61,895 nt of DNA from Carpediemonas membranifera BICM (lineage: Eukaryota; Protista; Fornicata), in contig JAHDYR010000005.1 of the NCBI GenBank assembly GCA_019828565.1, positions 1,253,942 through 1,315,836 of the forward strand. The letters are read 5' to 3'. How positions within the stretch are numbered: position 1 is the first letter of the stretch; every line of letters starts with the position of its first letter. This document shows positions 1 to 12,600 of this stretch, in pieces. The notes under the pieces are model-generated. The model had not been told where the DNA came from and searched no databases. It saw nothing but the letters and a program-made list of their open reading frames with translations. Position numbers and translations under genes: made by a program.

Positions 1-243
1 AAAACCTGGCCTGGGTCCATACTGGAGCCAATAGATAACAGTATCACCGTGTATTCGGTTTTCAGAAATATAACTTGTGTTGGTATTGCAATTTCAGAAT
101 TACTTCCAGTACCGGAGATTGTCTTAGAATTTGGATGTTCATGACTACTTTAAAATTTTAAAAGTTCCCATGAACCCACTCCAGCTCAGGATTGCGGATC
201 TGAGCCAAGTTTAGGTCGAATCCAAGTATTTGATAATTTTTGT

Positions 244-1312
244 ATGTACGAAATTCTGAAATTGCAATACCAACAGAAAACTCGTGTTATGGAGGTTCTA
301 GCTGCAAATAACGACGATATTGTTAAGCGCTGGTCTGATAGAGGTTCAGTGAAGACGCGTAGTGTGTACAAGAAGCACCTGGAGGACGTTTTGGCCAGCA
401 TTTGCCAGGAAACAGGCGCTGAAATGCAGAAGGGCATCGAGATTGTCCGAAGCGACAACGTTACGACTTATTTGGCGCATTATTTCGCTACAAAGACGCC
501 TGCTATGGCTAAGAGGATCGTTTCGGCTGTTCAGTCTTTCCGGAACTTCGACTTGCCACATCCCGCGAAGCCGTTGTCCTGGAAAGAGGAGGAAGAGGTG
601 TCGCCTGCATCAGTTGAGAGTCTCCCCAGCCCGTATGGCGCCATTGCCATTCTGCTCAACCAGACGGGCTGGGGTATTCGTATCTCCAAGGTAATCTCCC
701 CGATGCGATAGACCTTACCTCGTGCCCGAGCTGGATGGGCTTTGGCACGCTCAAATCGGGATTCCCGCAGGCCAGTGCTGTATCGGGAGGCGCTCAAGGT
801 TCAGGGGTTGACGGTTCGCATGCTTCGCTTTGCGCAGCGGATCGACGTGTCCACCGATAGGATGCAGTCTATCGGCACGCTAGAAGCGCCGCGGCAGACC
901 GCAGGAGAAGCCTCAGAAGGTCATTAAGGACAAGCGCATCAGCCTGACCGATGAGCAGTTCAGGCACCAGTTGGCGTCCAGTCACTTAACGACCACGCGG
1001 CGCCCAACGATCCTCGATCTCAACCCGGAGATCCGAAGCTCTGCCGACCTGGTGCCGCCGATGCTCGATGACTGGCTTTACAACAGGCTCAAGGCCAGAA
1101 TGATCGAGCTTCACGATACTAAGAAGAAAGAGAGGCAGAGCGAGGCTGACAAGGAGGCGGAGTTCGGCTCGCTGACTCGCGAGACAGAGATGCCAGAGGG
1201 CGAGAGAGAGGGCGATACTGACGAGGAGGCGGTGTCCGACGAGCCAGCTTACCAGGCAGAGTGGATGCACTACGAGGTGCCAGCTCGCGAGGAAGAGAGG
1301 CGCCTTTGGTGA
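244..1312 (+). pseudogene. Frameshifted copy of the degenerate tyrosine-recombinase-like cargo gene (paralog of 40431-41849)
   Basis: About 519-1090 is nearly identical to about 40718-41290. Split into ORFs 244-711, 742-927 and 971-1312. Acidic tail. Confidence 0.55.
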
Positions 1313-1646
1313 GGAGGTGGACTTATGCAAGAGTGCCGATGAGGAACCAAAGATCGACCACGACGAGCATGGCGGGGAGGTGGCGGGCAGAGATGGTGAT
1401 GGGGAGATTCAAGAGAACGTGATTGATGAGGAGCGCTCAGAGAGCGATACTGCCGACAGTATCGTCTTTTTCCTTCATCTGACATTGTAAAGAGGAAGAG
1501 TTTATGATTGGAGCATAGCTGATGTCCATAAACACCATTCATAAGCCAGTCCTGTCTTGTTTTCCACTGCTACTTCTCTCGTTGCGACGCACAGCTAGCT
1601 GTCGCGAAATGCACTTTAAGACCAATTTTCACACAGCTACCTGTGC

Positions 1647-2883
1647 ATGGTGTTCGAGCTAGATAGCGACAAGCTGGAGCGACTTACTTCCTTACCTGGT
1701 AATAGTAGACAATATCTGCACGACTTTGAACCTGAAAAGCTGCAGGTCGTGATCAAAGTTGATGAGCATTATGATATGGAGGTTCCCACCCTGCTAGCGC
1801 TCAAGGACAGTCCGCATGTCCTCCCTGTCGTCGATACAGGTTTTGTCGACCGTGATCCAGCCTTCATGGCTCCTTTGGTCAACTGTACCCCCTTCGCTGA
1901 CATCTGCCAGGCTCACTCCAGCGTGCAGTTCCGCTATGTTTCGCATCTGCTGCAGGCAGTATGCTACATGCATGACCACGGGGTTGTCCATTGCGATATT
2001 AAGCCAGACAACTTCCTCTTCAGCAAGAGTCAGAAGGGATACCTCATTGATTTTTGGGTCTGCAATGAGGGAAGCCGGCTAATGGCGACGACAGGTGGGC
2101 CATACAACTGAGATTTGTATCCGAGTATCGCGGCACCCATGGATATTTGCCCCCAGAGCTGTTCTACGAGTACCTTGTCTCGCGCTCAGTGATTACTGCT
2201 GCACGCGACACCTCCAAAGCTCGCGCGCATGACGGCAGGGGGCTCTTTCCGTCACTTCTTATGTCGTGACACCTGCATCGGACATTTACTCTTGCGGTGT
2301 AGTCATTTTGATGCTCTTTTACGGTCTCCCCAAGTCCCCCTTTGCCGCGAAGGTGACTGACATGGGTGCAAACATGGCGCAGATCGACAACAAGAAGAAG
2401 AAGAAGATGCTGAAGCTTGGTAGCTTGCTGAACTGGTGCCAATTCTATGGTGGGCAGTTGCAGTTGTCACCTCAGGCACAGACACATTTCAAAGATTGCC
2501 TCGAGTGTGTCAGCGTGAACTCTGAGCTCCCGATTCGCGGCACCACGCCACCTACTTGTCTCAGCCTGTACGACCTGGCAATGCAGATGCTCCACTTCGA
2601 CCCAACAAAGCGTCCCACTGCTGCCGAATGTCTTGACAAGCTCAAGGTCATCATGCGCGTGCATGAATGCGTCGCCAAGCCGAGTCCGCTTCTGTTAGAT
2701 GATACAGAAGAGGTCACCCTGTCTGCAGCTCAGCGAAAGAGACTGACCGACTGCTGTCAGCGAGGGTTTGAGGGTCAAGTCTTCTATCGGCGCTGCATAG
2801 TGTGTGGTAGAGACCTTCATGGACGCGAGAACGTCAGCTGTGACACATGCCACAAAGGGATACAGGCAGGTGAGCACCAATAA
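1647..2883 (+). CDS. Ser/Thr protein kinase (frameshifted) with C-terminal CxxC..CxxC module; transposon cargo
   Basis: Motifs VVIKV, HCDIKPDNFLF, GYLIDF(G) at a T/G homopolymer, GTHGYLPPE (2131-2157, alternate frame), SDIYSCGVV, FDPTKRPTAAECL, then CIVCG..CDTC. Confidence 0.85.
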
Positions 2884-3150
2884 GTGCGCAAAAGGTGTGC
2901 GCGGAAGACTGCACAGGCAGTTTATTGCGATGATTGAGCGGACGTAAAGAGATTGATACTTTCTGTGATGCAGGAATGAGATCAATGCTGCTGACAGGTC
3001 TCGAGATGGCAGAGGTGCTGGAGAAGAGAGAGCAGAAAAAGGCATCAGAAGTAAATGAACGAGGTAAATTCCAGTTCGCCGGAGATGATATCCTTCCTCG
3101 TACGCGGCATGTGTCTTGGGTCTTAAGTTCGCCATTTTAATCTCGTTGCG

Positions 3151-3339
3151 AGCATAAAATGCACACTTGTGCATTCGAGTACAATGACGAAATCCCTCAA
3201 TATGCTACCAGCAGTGCATTTAATAACCAATATCAACGCCGAAACGCGTGTAGTTCGGAGCCATGTAGTTGTTTGCGCTCGTTTGTCCCCCTATTACCGA
3301 AACTGGTGCTGTACTCTAGAAAATCACTAACAACATCAA
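3151..3339 (+). repeat. ~190-240 bp dispersed internal repeat, copy 1 (inverted relative to 57140-57379 and 60423-60662)
   Basis: GCACACTTGTGCATTCGAGTACA...GTACTCTAGAAAATCACTAACAACATCAA is shared by the three loci. Confidence 0.9.
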
Positions 3340-3412
3340 CTCCTTTTTCTCCGCAATGCAGATGAGAATGCCTATTCTCGCGATCTATAACTACCAATCA
3401 TGTTTTCATTCT

Positions 3413-5972
3413 TTACTCATACTTGCCACAGATGCACACATCCAGTGAGATCTCTCCTTCCTCATGGACATCGATGTCTAACCATTGCCCGTCAAACACG
3501 AGCCCTACCTGCCTCAACACCTTCTTCCATAGACCATCCACTTGACCTTCAAACAGAGGTAACAGTTTCTGACAGTCTCCCTCGTCCAATGTTCCAGTGC
3601 CCTCGCTCCGAATACGGATCCAGTGTTTGGCGTCCTTGCAGCAGCGATGAACGCGCATTGTCTTCAGACGTATTTGGTGGGGAACGTCTGTTGACTGTCG
3701 CCCATACGAGACGACGCCACGGAGGAATCGGTAAAACAACTCGACCTGCTCCTTCAATATCGTTCTCTCAAGGACCATCTGGTTGCGCCTTAAGTGTACT
3801 CTACTTTCCTGATTGCCAATAAAGTCGCGCTCGAATGACTCCTCAATAATCCGGCCAAGTGGGACTCGGATTTTTGACTGAATCTCCGGCAACACAGCAA
3901 CTCGCGCTAAGCCATGAAGTGTGTCGATGGAGGGAGCCTTCTTGGCTACCTTAGACGGCGGCCGGATTGGAATAGACTCCGACACGGTGCTGGTCGTGTT
4001 CAGACACATTGTCAGTGAAAAGAGGTGAACAAGCAACGCTGTCAGTCGATGCCAGGTGATAATGTCATCTGTGGCCTCCTCGTGAGAGTAATAATGCTCT
4101 TGCAGGTAGGCAACGAGTCTGAAAAGTGGCTGAACGGGGGAGGGAATGCCATGTAGAGACTGTTTCCAATTGACGCGATCATCTTCCTCCCCTTCACTTG
4201 CTCATTACAGCCAGTCGTGCGACTGGGAGGTTCAAACTTAGCCAGCCTGGCGAGGTCAGCGTTTCTGGCCTTCTTGGTCTTGATTTCCTCCGGGGGTAGA
4301 GTCTGGGTCGACCTCAATTGGCTTGAACATCCGACAAATGTTGTGTATCAAGGGAGACGAAGTCATGACTGAGGTGCATGATCGGCGGGACAAGGAAGAT
4401 TTTGCCCCTATCGAGAGTTGGGTCATCCGAGTTCTCGAATAGGCTGGGCATGATGCACTTATTCTTCTTGTTGTAGAACGACCCCCACTTCTTCTCTCTA
4501 TCCAGGACTGTCTTGTCCTCAACAGACATCTTCTTCGCATACATCACGTCTGCAATCGTGTTTCGTGGGGTGAGACCGAATGGGCTCCAGGCCTTGTTGT
4601 CAGCATGTACCGAGCTGAATGGAGAGGGATAGCTGCCGCCAATCAAGGTTCCACAGACTTTTGACATCGCTGGGTGGTCTGCGATGAACATAACGCGAGT
4701 GACACGGCACAGGAGACCGGTATTTCTCACCTCAAGTGACTCGCGATGGGTACTCTCGACTGAGCGCTCGATGAAGTCGAAGAATTCTCCAATGCGCTTC
4801 TCTGGTCCGTTGTACTCGAGTATGCGGAAGGGTGGTGTTCCGCCTGACGGGAAGACTTTGCCGGAGACATCGATAAACCGAACCTTCACAGATGTAGTCA
4901 ACCCTCGCCATCCATCGACCCAGACGAGAAGATCAAGCGGCACTGTCTGAGTCTCTTCAGCTTGAGTCTGCGCTGTCAACTGCTTGCCCACGTTCTTACG
5001 AGCAGCCCTTGACCTCTCGAGATCGATAGGCGAAGCCACCGCCTGGCGATAGTACCGCATGAGGTCAAACTCAGCGTGTTGCACATGGGAATACCTGCCG
5101 CTAGACTGGAGACGCGGGTTGAGACCGGCTCTCTTCATCACGTCATTATGTGCAGTTCGCTTCATTGCCGATTCGTAGAAGATGCACACCGTCGTACCTC
5201 TGAGCACTTCAGTGTTATAGTCGTCGCCGTCGAATGTAGCGTTGACTTGTTCGAGGTCTGCGTCGACGTGGGTAATCAGGTCGAGGTCATACTCGCGGTG
5301 ATCCTTGTCCGTCCTCTTTGCTCGTGTCTCTTGAGTGATCGCCATGGGTATGTAGCCCTTTAGGGCCTTTTTTCAAGTTCCTATGCGACTTGACAATGGT
5401 CTCAACGTCTGCGATGTTCCGAATGCTGCACTGAAGCGACTTGACTTGGTTTTGTGACCTGATTGATGTTGATAATGTCAAGGTTGAGTCTCTGTGCAAG
5501 GGGCTTGCATGATGTGAATCTCGTCATTGACTGCATTCACGCCGATCGTGATGGCCCTGAGCTCGTTGGACACCTGCAGAAGACGTTCAGTGTCAGCAAT
5601 ACGCTTACGTAGACGAGCATTCTCTGCCTCGAGGCCGAAGCTATCAGAATGCAGAACATATGCACCAACGTAAAGGTGACTGGGACCAGAGCGGTGTGCC
5701 TTCTTCTCCTTTGAGATGCTAGTGGATGATGGCGCTGGGTAGAGATTGCTAGAAATAGCCTCACGCGATACAGCGCCGATATTGATTAGTTCCTGCGCGA
5801 TGCGGGCTAGCTCGAGCCTTTGCTGGTGTTTGGAGGTATCAAATCCGTTAATACGGCGATCCACTGCGTCAATCGAGAGCCAGACGCTGCAAAGGATGGT
5901 ATTGATGTCATCAGTGCCCTCCGGAGCATAGATAGATCCGTTAGACAGTTTCCACTTCAGTTGAAGCGCCAT
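3413..5972 (-). CDS. CACTA/CMC-like DDE transposase of element A (interrupted: ORFs 5972-5478, 5345-4314, 4317-4042, 4036-3413)
   Basis: LLVWVDGW (first D), FIADHPAMSK..G..YPSPF (DxPA-type second D), PPIMH, LLVHL and EESFER (E) resemble CMC/EnSpm motifs. Clear homology to 27353-29060. Confidence 0.7.
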
Positions 5973-6037
5973 CTGTCAGTCGCTCTTTCAAGAATTCTAA
6001 AGATCCTAAAAATGCGTGACTTCGAGAAGATCATCTA

Positions 6038-7277
6038 ATGCCAGCCACGGAACTAGAGATGAAGCGTGGAAATGAAGGAACTACTCCGGACACCCGAGAG
6101 ACGAACTCTCAGAAACGCAAGCCGATGGTCGGGTGGAATGACGCCGCAAAAGAGCGAATGCAGGTCGGCTCTCATGATTGGTATGCTCAAGGCATTCTTT
6201 TTGCATCACCGTTGATGTGTTTGGAACGGATATGACTGGTCTATCTGTCCGTAAGGTGGCGAATGCCTACAATCACATCATCTCGGTGTACTTGCAGCCC
6301 TGCCACCCTGATCCGACATTCTTTGATGGTATCAAGTCCCTCACGGCTGTATCGCAGGGTAGGCTTGTCATTGGGCATGTTAAGGAGTGGGCAACCCAGT
6401 CTTGCCACTGCAACATCGGCATTTCTGATCAGGCTCCTTCGAGAGTGTTTCATAACCTTTCTCGGGCCCCCAACCCGGTGCGATCGGAGCTTCTGACCGC
6501 GATGAAGAAGATTTTCACGAGAGTTGGCCTGGACGTCCCCCAGAATTTTGATTTGCGTCCTCTGTCCCTTAATCTGGTGGACCTTTCGGCACCCGACATA
6601 TTTACTGGTCGGACGAAGACGTTTTTCAAGACAGCAGAAATCCCCCATTCCGTGCCGCAAGTGAAGCAGGAGGTGAAGGTTGACCCCGTTCGACCCTCTG
6701 AGTCTATCTCTAAGCGTAACGTCATGCTACTCGATGACGTCCATCGCATGACACAGCGCATGTCGGAAGATCTCTCTCAGCTCAAAGAACGGCCGGTAAC
6801 CGCTGATTCAGACTCTGACGATGATGGAGAGAACCTCCTTGACTTGCAGAAGAGGATGCTTGCCTTCTGTTGCGGCCATTGCCACAGCTTGGACTGGGTT
6901 GGCAATCTCAACACGTCAAAGTTTGTCTCGTGTGGAGAGTGCGGCAGGAACTTTCATGACAATTCCGTTTGCGTGCCTGCTCGTCCGGAGAAATGTTCAA
7001 AGACTGCCAACTGGACGAAAAGAAGCCAACAGAAAGAAGTCCTCGTGGAAGTTCACATGCCAGGCTTGTGTCCAGGAGAAGACTTGTTTCGCATGCCAGA
7101 AGAACGCCTCGGTATATCATTGTCGGATGTGTGGGCACTGGTTCTGTGGTAACAAGGGGCTGTATGGGCACCACTGCCGTGAAGGTCGTCATTGACGGCG
7201 TGAATATTCCCAAGATCCGTCTTTGTGACGATTGCCTTGAGAACTTCAAGTCGGTGGTTCAACAGTCGGAGCAGTAA
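6038..7277 (+). CDS. Accessory protein with C-terminal PHD-like and FYVE-like zinc fingers (frameshifted), divergent from the transposase
   Basis: CGHC..W..CGECGRNFHDNSVC, then CQAC..CFAC..HCRMCGHWFC..RLCDDC. Homologous to 27305-25988. Confidence 0.65.
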
Positions 7278-7548
7278 AGATACAATTGAATCTTTTCAAA
7301 CATATTTTCATGAAGATAGATCCAATGAAACTATGTACCATGAGCCCGATTGCTCAGTGATTATGTGATAATCCTGTGTGACCCAGGACAGCGTGCTCCT
7401 GGAATCAACAGGGCACAAAAACACCCTGCGTATTCCGGTAGCACACCGTTCTGACTCATACGTCCGTCTCTGGTTGTCGTATACAGGTCTATTTACGTGT
7501 TTGGCGATGGCGCTCCCTTAAATCTGCTTGAACGGCGTGTCGTGGCTG

Positions 7549-7755
7549 TCAGTATGCTGCAAATGTCGCAGCGAGAAAGGAGTCACCAATCGCGTTCAGC
7601 TTTCTTGTTTCTCGCCTGATACTGCTCGTAATATCGTTCAAGCGTGAATCTATGAAGTAATGGGACTGAATGGCCTCTATTGCGTCAATTTCTTGCGTAA
7701 TCGTTGTTGAATGGCCTAGAATAGATGTTGCAGCTGCTTCCAGCTCCTGTTGCAT
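7549..7755 (-). CDS. Small conserved helical ORF of the TIR elements
   Basis: IQSHYFIDSRL matches IQRAHFIDSRI of 25810-26040 and occupies the same relative position. Confidence 0.5.
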   Translation of the reverse strand: MQQELEAAATSILGHSTTITQEIDAIEAIQSHYFIDSRLNDITSSIRRETRKLNAIGDSFLAATFAAY

Positions 7756-8135
7756 GCTAAATGCTGTGTTTTGGACAATTGGTCGTGTTCAGGCAGATTT
7801 TTTTCGTGCAAAGTGCAGGCTAATACGCGCCCTTAAACTGTGGGATCAGCCGCTGGGTAAATATACTGAGAAAAAACCATATAGCTGAGTTCACTGTCTT
7901 GTGCTGAATACGGTGGCGCCATTTATTTCTCTGAATCGCTAAGTTTTGTCAGCGTTGACCGCGCACGACCGGTCGTCCTTACGCGATGACACCCAGCCCA
8001 TCTTGTAGGTCGGGTGGCCATACCTCGCGGCCTTGCTTGCTTTTCTTTGACGAGCAATATTCCCTGAGTAATAGCCTCTCCTTTTCTTCAATTCGACTCT
8101 AGCCAAGTCAAAAAACAAGAAATCGACCATATCTC

Positions 8136-8239
8136 AAAATCTAACAGGTAGATTCACTCTGAAAGTGATTATGCGCATATGTACCTCCTTTCAACTACTC
8201 ACATAATCACTATCGTAGTGAATCTACCTGTTAGATTTT
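8136..8239. repeat. Subterminal long hairpin of element A
   Basis: AAAATCTAACAGGTAGATTCACT (8136-8158) pairs with AGTGAATCTACCTGTTAGATTTT (8217-8239). Inner stem AGTGATTATG/CATAATCACT. Confidence 0.9.
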
Positions 8240-8421
8240 CTGTTATTGTCCATTTTATCGTTTCGTCTTAACCTGCACGGCGAAATGCTCAAACCAGGCA
8301 AGGAGTCAGAGCCAGAGCTTCTTTCCATGCTCTAAGTACATCATATGGACTCTCAAGAAGACCTTCGTTTATCTCTAAATAGCTTAAATTTAATGAATAC
8401 TTCATTTCTGAGCAAGAAATT

Positions 8422-8496
8422 GTAGATTATCTAGCGTTTTGAGGTCGAAGATAATCTAGGGTTTAGCAAAGATAATCTAGGGATGTTGACAGCATG
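8422..8496 (-). repeat. Terminal inverted repeat of element A with internal CTAGATTATC/GATAATCTAG motifs
   Basis: Reverse complement begins CATGCTGTCAACATCCCTAGATTATC and matches 52549 onward. Confidence 0.85.
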
Positions 8497-9627
8497 ACCC
8501 CGAGCATGACCTGGGACGCAGCTTACCTAGCCGCAACCGCCCAACTGCACGATGTGGGCTGGGACAGAACCCCCGACGAATCAACCTTCGCCGCCAACGA
8601 CACCTCCATCGACTGGCCTCGTGGGATGGACCAGCTCTACGGCAAGCCCGTGACTGGCCTTCAGCGCACCCTAACAAAAATCTCTCGCGCCCATGCAGCA
8701 GCCGTCGCCCCGATCGTGGAGTCGACCCCGGTGACCCCGATTCTCGCGGCCGAAGCCGCCCTGTCCCCCCTCTCCTATGCGACGCCGATCCGTGGCGACC
8801 TTTTCACCACCATGGTGAGGTCACACCTCGGCGCACCACCGTTCGAGACGGACTCAACCGTCCGCTGCCCGCTCTGCGGTAACTCGAATGTGTCGTGGCA
8901 GCACACGTTGTCCTGTCCTAAGCTCCTGGAGGGTGCCAGGACCATGCGTCATGACCTAGTTCGTGACTGCGTGCGCTCCTTCCTGTGGAGTAACGACGTG
9001 CTTGCCCGCAAGGAGTTCGCCTTGAACAGTCGCACCCGCGGCTACTCGGCCGACCCAGCCTACCAGAGTAACGCTCGCGCCGACGTCTATGTCCCGCTGC
9101 GTCGCTCTCCCACGGGCAGGGTCGCCAACGAGCCCATCATCATCGACGTGGTGATCTCGAAGGATCAGGCCAACGCCGAGTCAGACAAGTCCGCGCAGTA
9201 CCACAACTGGTCAGCCGAGCTACTGACGGCCGCCTGCGAGATCACTGGCGAAGCGTGCAGTGATGACCAGGGCGAGTCCTGGTGTGTGAGATTGTGTAAG
9301 ATGGTCGGCCTGAGTGTGGGGGCCGGCCGCTTCCCTGGAGCAGGAAGTGATGCGCTGCATCTGGAACGGCAACGTCCAGATCTACTCGGATTACGTCACG
9401 CAGTTCGAGCGGGCCACAGCGCAGGACTGGCTGCGGGAATAATTTGTGCTGGAATCTCATCTCGCGTGTGGAAAGGCCGAGGGGGCCGGCGACGAGGCTG
9501 CGGGAGCAGCCGGAGGAGCCGAACAAGGGATGCCCACAGGTGACACATCTAAGTCGACACAGGCGCGGGAATACAGGCGCGAACGTCTCTGGACGCAGCG
9601 TGAAAGGAGGTTTTCGACCTATTAAAC
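8497..9627 (+). mobile_element. CRE-like non-LTR retrotransposon copy 1 (3' part; interrupted by transposon A)
   Basis: Near-identical to 12478-13606. Encodes CPLCG..HTLSC, RHD and AD..IIIDV..K endonuclease motifs. Confidence 0.9.
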
Positions 9628-9631
9628 GGCG

Positions 9632-12600
9632 ATGGTAGTCTCAGTCTTTGTCAGCAAAGAAGTCGTGGAGCGGCTTCTGAGCGGGACTGAAGGAACTATC
9701 CAGCTCGAAGATCCTGTTTCCCAGATCTTCGACGCCGTGCGCATTCTGTTTGGTAAGCATGTACCAAAATCTCTCTTTGCCGAACACTGGTCCTCGTACC
9801 AGAAAGTCCGCCGCCTCTATAACGATGTAGAGCTTGTGAAAAAGCTGTTCATTCAAGATAGAGGACGTCCCGAGCGCTTCACCAAGAGAGTCTCCGAAGA
9901 ACTCATTGCCACTGTGAGTCCGCTCTTCCCAGTGATCCAGAGGCCCTCAAACCGAGACTTCAAGCAGAGATTACACCAAGTACTAAGCTCAATCCAGTTG
10001 ATCAGGAACCTACCGCCGCATCCCGTCCAATTCCTGATGCACCGAATGGACTCGCGAATCCGTATAGACACAGAGGGCCGTGACCATACGCTATCCCTAG
10101 GCCGCCGCAGGGCTCTACTAGAGCAACTACGGGCGGCGGGATGCCCACGGCTCTCCACCATCGATGAGATTGACAACGGACCCGTTGCGTCAGCCCACCA
10201 AACATCAGGAACGCAGATCGAGAGGGAGGAGATGATGATCGCGGAGCTTATACCCCCGATAAGTCCACCTCTCGGCTCAGGACCACCCACCCCCGCCCAG
10301 TCACAGGAGACAGGCATCGTGCCTAGACCTAACGACAGCGAGGGAGACCAGTCGGCCCACGAATGTCCAGCCTAGACATAACGGGGCACCCGCTCCCATG
10401 CCTGGCGGCCAAAGCGTGGCTGACACCAACCACCGGGGGATGGACGTACCAACGGTCCGAGTGAACCAGGCTATCGCAGCCTTCGCTCGTGACCTACGGG
10501 ACGCCATCCACCCGGACCTGCGGGAAGAGCTCTGGCGTGATGCCGACACAGTCCGCCAGACGCTTCTCTCGCCCCCCGCGCTCGAGCGAGCCATGGGGAC
10601 GGAGCGCAGGAGGCACCTCACGAAGGCGCAAGCCATCGAGATTGAGACGTGTCTCCTGCGTGCCGCAGGCGGCCTAACCCTGCCCCCCCACTTCTCGCGC
10701 CGGTTCCCGTCGAACGGGATTGTGGCCAAACATGGCTCACGCCGTGTTGCGGCCGCAGCGCACATCGCTCTGGGGCTGCCGCTCCCTGCTATATTGGCGC
10801 ACCCTGCAACACAGGCCACCAACAATAGGCAGACCCGAGCGCCTACAAGACCTCTTGGGTTCCTTCCAGACCCCGCCGACGTGGCTCGCATCGGCCGCAG
10901 CCGACCGACGCGGAGGGGAACCAAGGGTTATGTCCGTGCCCTCATCGGAAAGGTCACCGCCTGCGCGGCAGCCAGAGATGAGGACAAGCGCGATCGTCTC
11001 ATCGACGTGATGCTGCACCCACAAACAGCACTTCGCCCCCGGAGGACCCGCCATAATCAGGTGGGAAGCACGTCGAGAAGCCGACTCGCCTACCAGCACG
11101 CCAGACGAGGGTACTACAGCAAGTCCATGAGTGCCCTGGTCTCGGAAGAACTGCAGATGACCCCAGCCGAAGCAGAGGAGAAGATGGTTCGGATGCAAGC
11201 TGACCCCTTCCAAGGCAGTCTTGATGACCTCCCAATCCGCCATCCCCTCGCCCCGCTCACCTCGGTAGAGTTCGAAACTCGGGACATCATCGATGTCCTG
11301 AGCAGTCTTCCGGCCGACTCGGCTCCCCGGTCCGTCGGGCATGAGCTTCCTCCACTTGAAGCTCGCCGCTAGACACAAGCCAGAAGCCTTCGCCCTTGCC
11401 CTGAAGCCACTACTTGTCGATGTGGCCGAAGGCGTCCCGTACACAAACGTTCTGGCCCACTCCCGCCTCGTCCCACTGCCCAAGCCTGGCAAACCCGACG
11501 AGGTCCGGCCCATCGCCATGGGAGAGGCCCTTCGTCGAGTAGCAGCCAAGCTACTAGCCAAGGCGGTTACCGCGTCCCTCGCGGATGACCCTCTCCTCGA
11601 TGACCAGTACGGGCGGGGGTGAGTCGTGCGGCACAGAAGTTATGGGTCTGCGCCTGCAAGAAGCGTATTCCCGTGGCCAAAGCATCTGCGCCGTTGATCT
11701 CAGCAATGCGTACGGCACCATGCCCCGCAAATTGTTGAGGTCCACAGCCGCCGCGGCCTGCCCTGTTGCGATCCCGTACTTTGACGCCGTATATGGCAAT
11801 GGAAGGCTGGTTCTGCCGTCCGGCCGCGTCGTCGAGTCCCTAGAGGGCATCGCTCAAGGAGACCCACTGTCCCCCATTCTCTTCACGCTGGCCATGCGGC
11901 CAATCATCGACACGCTGAAGACGAAATGGGGCGGCGAGTGGGTTGCCTACCAGGACGACGTCACATGGATTGCCCCCCGGGGACGACTAGCGGCGCCATC
12001 CAGGGCTTTTTCGATGGAGCTTGTGAAGCTTTCCGACAAATTGGCGTAACAATGAAACCGGCTAAATGCCAGTGGATTTGTGCATCCGCGCCGCAGAATG
12101 CACGTACTGTTCGCGTTACGTGCTCGCCAACTGGAGTAATCGTGGGAATTCCCATTGGCGGCATCGAAGCGGAACGGATGCAGCTCATGACGAAGCTAGA
12201 CGAGCAGAAACAGATGTTGCTTAGTGTGGTGTCGATGGTTGAAGACATTGGAACGGATGGGACGTCCGTTGCTCTGAATCTTATCCGTTCGTGTATTCTG
12301 CCGAAGCTTTCATTTTTGATGAGATCTGTCGATCCAGCCCAACACCGTGAGACCATACGAAACTTCGAGTCCAACGTCCTGACGCCGGCGATTGCGAGAA
12401 TTCTTCTCCTAGACCCTGAGAAGTACAACTCACTCCGGCTCGGCCTCGATTTCTCCGATAACGGCCTCCGCCTGCCCACCCCGAGCATGACCTGGGACGC
12501 AGCTTACCTAGCCGCAACCGCCCAACTGCACGATGTGGGCTGGGACAGAACCCCCGACGAATCAACCTTCGCCGCCAACGACACCTCCATCGACTGGCCT

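Larger units (their letters stand above)
1..8496 (-). mobile_element. TIR DNA transposon A (CACTA/CMC-like, cargo-carrying); left end outside window; inserted into the non-LTR element
   Basis: Ends at ...GGATGTTGACAGCATG (8496). 8422-8496 is the near-perfect reverse complement of 52549-52623. Contains a DDE transposase, a PHD gene and a small ORF in the same arrangement as element B. Abuts a non-LTR copy in mid-ORF (ACCCCGAGCATG). Confidence 0.8.

Noticed and set aside
3413-7277. ProtoRAG/Transib identity for the transposase and PHD gene pair
   Set aside because: The family TSDs are 2 bp rather than 5 bp, the ends are CAT rather than CAC, the genes are divergent rather than convergent, and no RAG2 kelch region is evident.
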